Below, piece after piece: positions 43,616-43,929 of a stretch of 43,929 nucleotides of DNA. The stretch covers positions 1 to 43,929 of IMG/VR virus record IMGVR_UViG_3300032320_002037, one strand, 5' to 3'. Within the stretch, counting starts at the first letter, position 1. The number at the start of each line of letters is the position of its first letter. Origin of the DNA: a virus. Lineage: Duplodnaviria; Caudoviricetes. The notes beneath the pieces were generated by a model. It was given only the letters and a program-made list of their open reading frames with translations. It was not told the origin of the DNA and did no database searches. The translations under genes were made by a program, and so were the position numbers.

Positions 43616-43929
43616 TCAAACAAGCCCGGCGGCTTTATACTTCTCAAGCATAGCTTCCATTTCCGCCAACTTAGCTTCCAAAGTCTTAACTTTCTGTTTA
43701 TTCCCACTAGCGCCCTTTTCGCCGGGCGTAGCCGTTGGTAGCTTCATTCCTGCCATTTTGCCTTCGTTCATGAGATATTCCCATGCTTTCTCGGCATCCA
43801 ATTCTACAGGCTTCCTTTCCAACGCACCTTCCGCTAACCGTGCTTGCCAATCGTCATTTTTCTCATCTTTACCCTTAGCAAGCGGCCCTACTGCCATCAC
43901 TTCCACGGCATAAGCCTGCCCGCTTTTAA
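43616..43929 (-). CDS. 3' part of the 171-aa junction-spanning early protein
   Basis: Continues in frame from 325 through the repeat. Confidence 0.85.
   Translation of the reverse strand, partial: KSGQAYAVEVMAVGPLAKGKDEKNDDWQARLAEGALERKPVELDAEKAWEYLMNEGKMAGMKLPTATPGEKGASGNKQKVKTLEAKLAEMEAMLEKYKAAGLV
43807..43929. repeat. Terminal direct repeat, right copy
   Basis: Identical to 1-123. Confidence 0.97.

Noticed and set aside
43807-43929. Biological direct terminal repeat
   Set aside because: It falls inside a continuous ORF, so it is more likely an assembler overlap
1-43929. Integrase, DGR/retron reverse transcriptase, introns/inteins
   Set aside because: No recombinase, YxDD or intein motifs and no interrupted core genes observed

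Overview
This window is an apparently complete ~43.8-kb tailed (podovirus-like) phage genome. Positions 1-123 repeat exactly at 43807-43929, and one ORF reads through that junction. The + arm (902-22420) carries a receptor-binding protein, lysis genes (CHAP endolysin), TerS, TerL, portal, scaffold, major capsid, adaptor and large internal/ejection proteins. The - arm (22417-43929, continuing into 1-325) carries small early genes, a UvrD-like helicase, a PD-(D/E)XK exonuclease, a Sak4-like ATPase, an SSB-like protein, MazG, a ParB-methyltransferase, a UDG-like/PolA fusion, an ATP-dependent ligase and a DUF3987-type AAA+ protein. I could not recognise an integrase, RNA polymerase or primase. The most unusual locus is 34143-35065. 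It holds a ~520-nt highly base-paired non-coding region (20-bp helix, pseudoknots, an alternative-pairing switch), a small basic protein gene and a tRNA-like element with a collapsed anticodon loop. All calls come from motifs and pairing read by eye; no database search was run.
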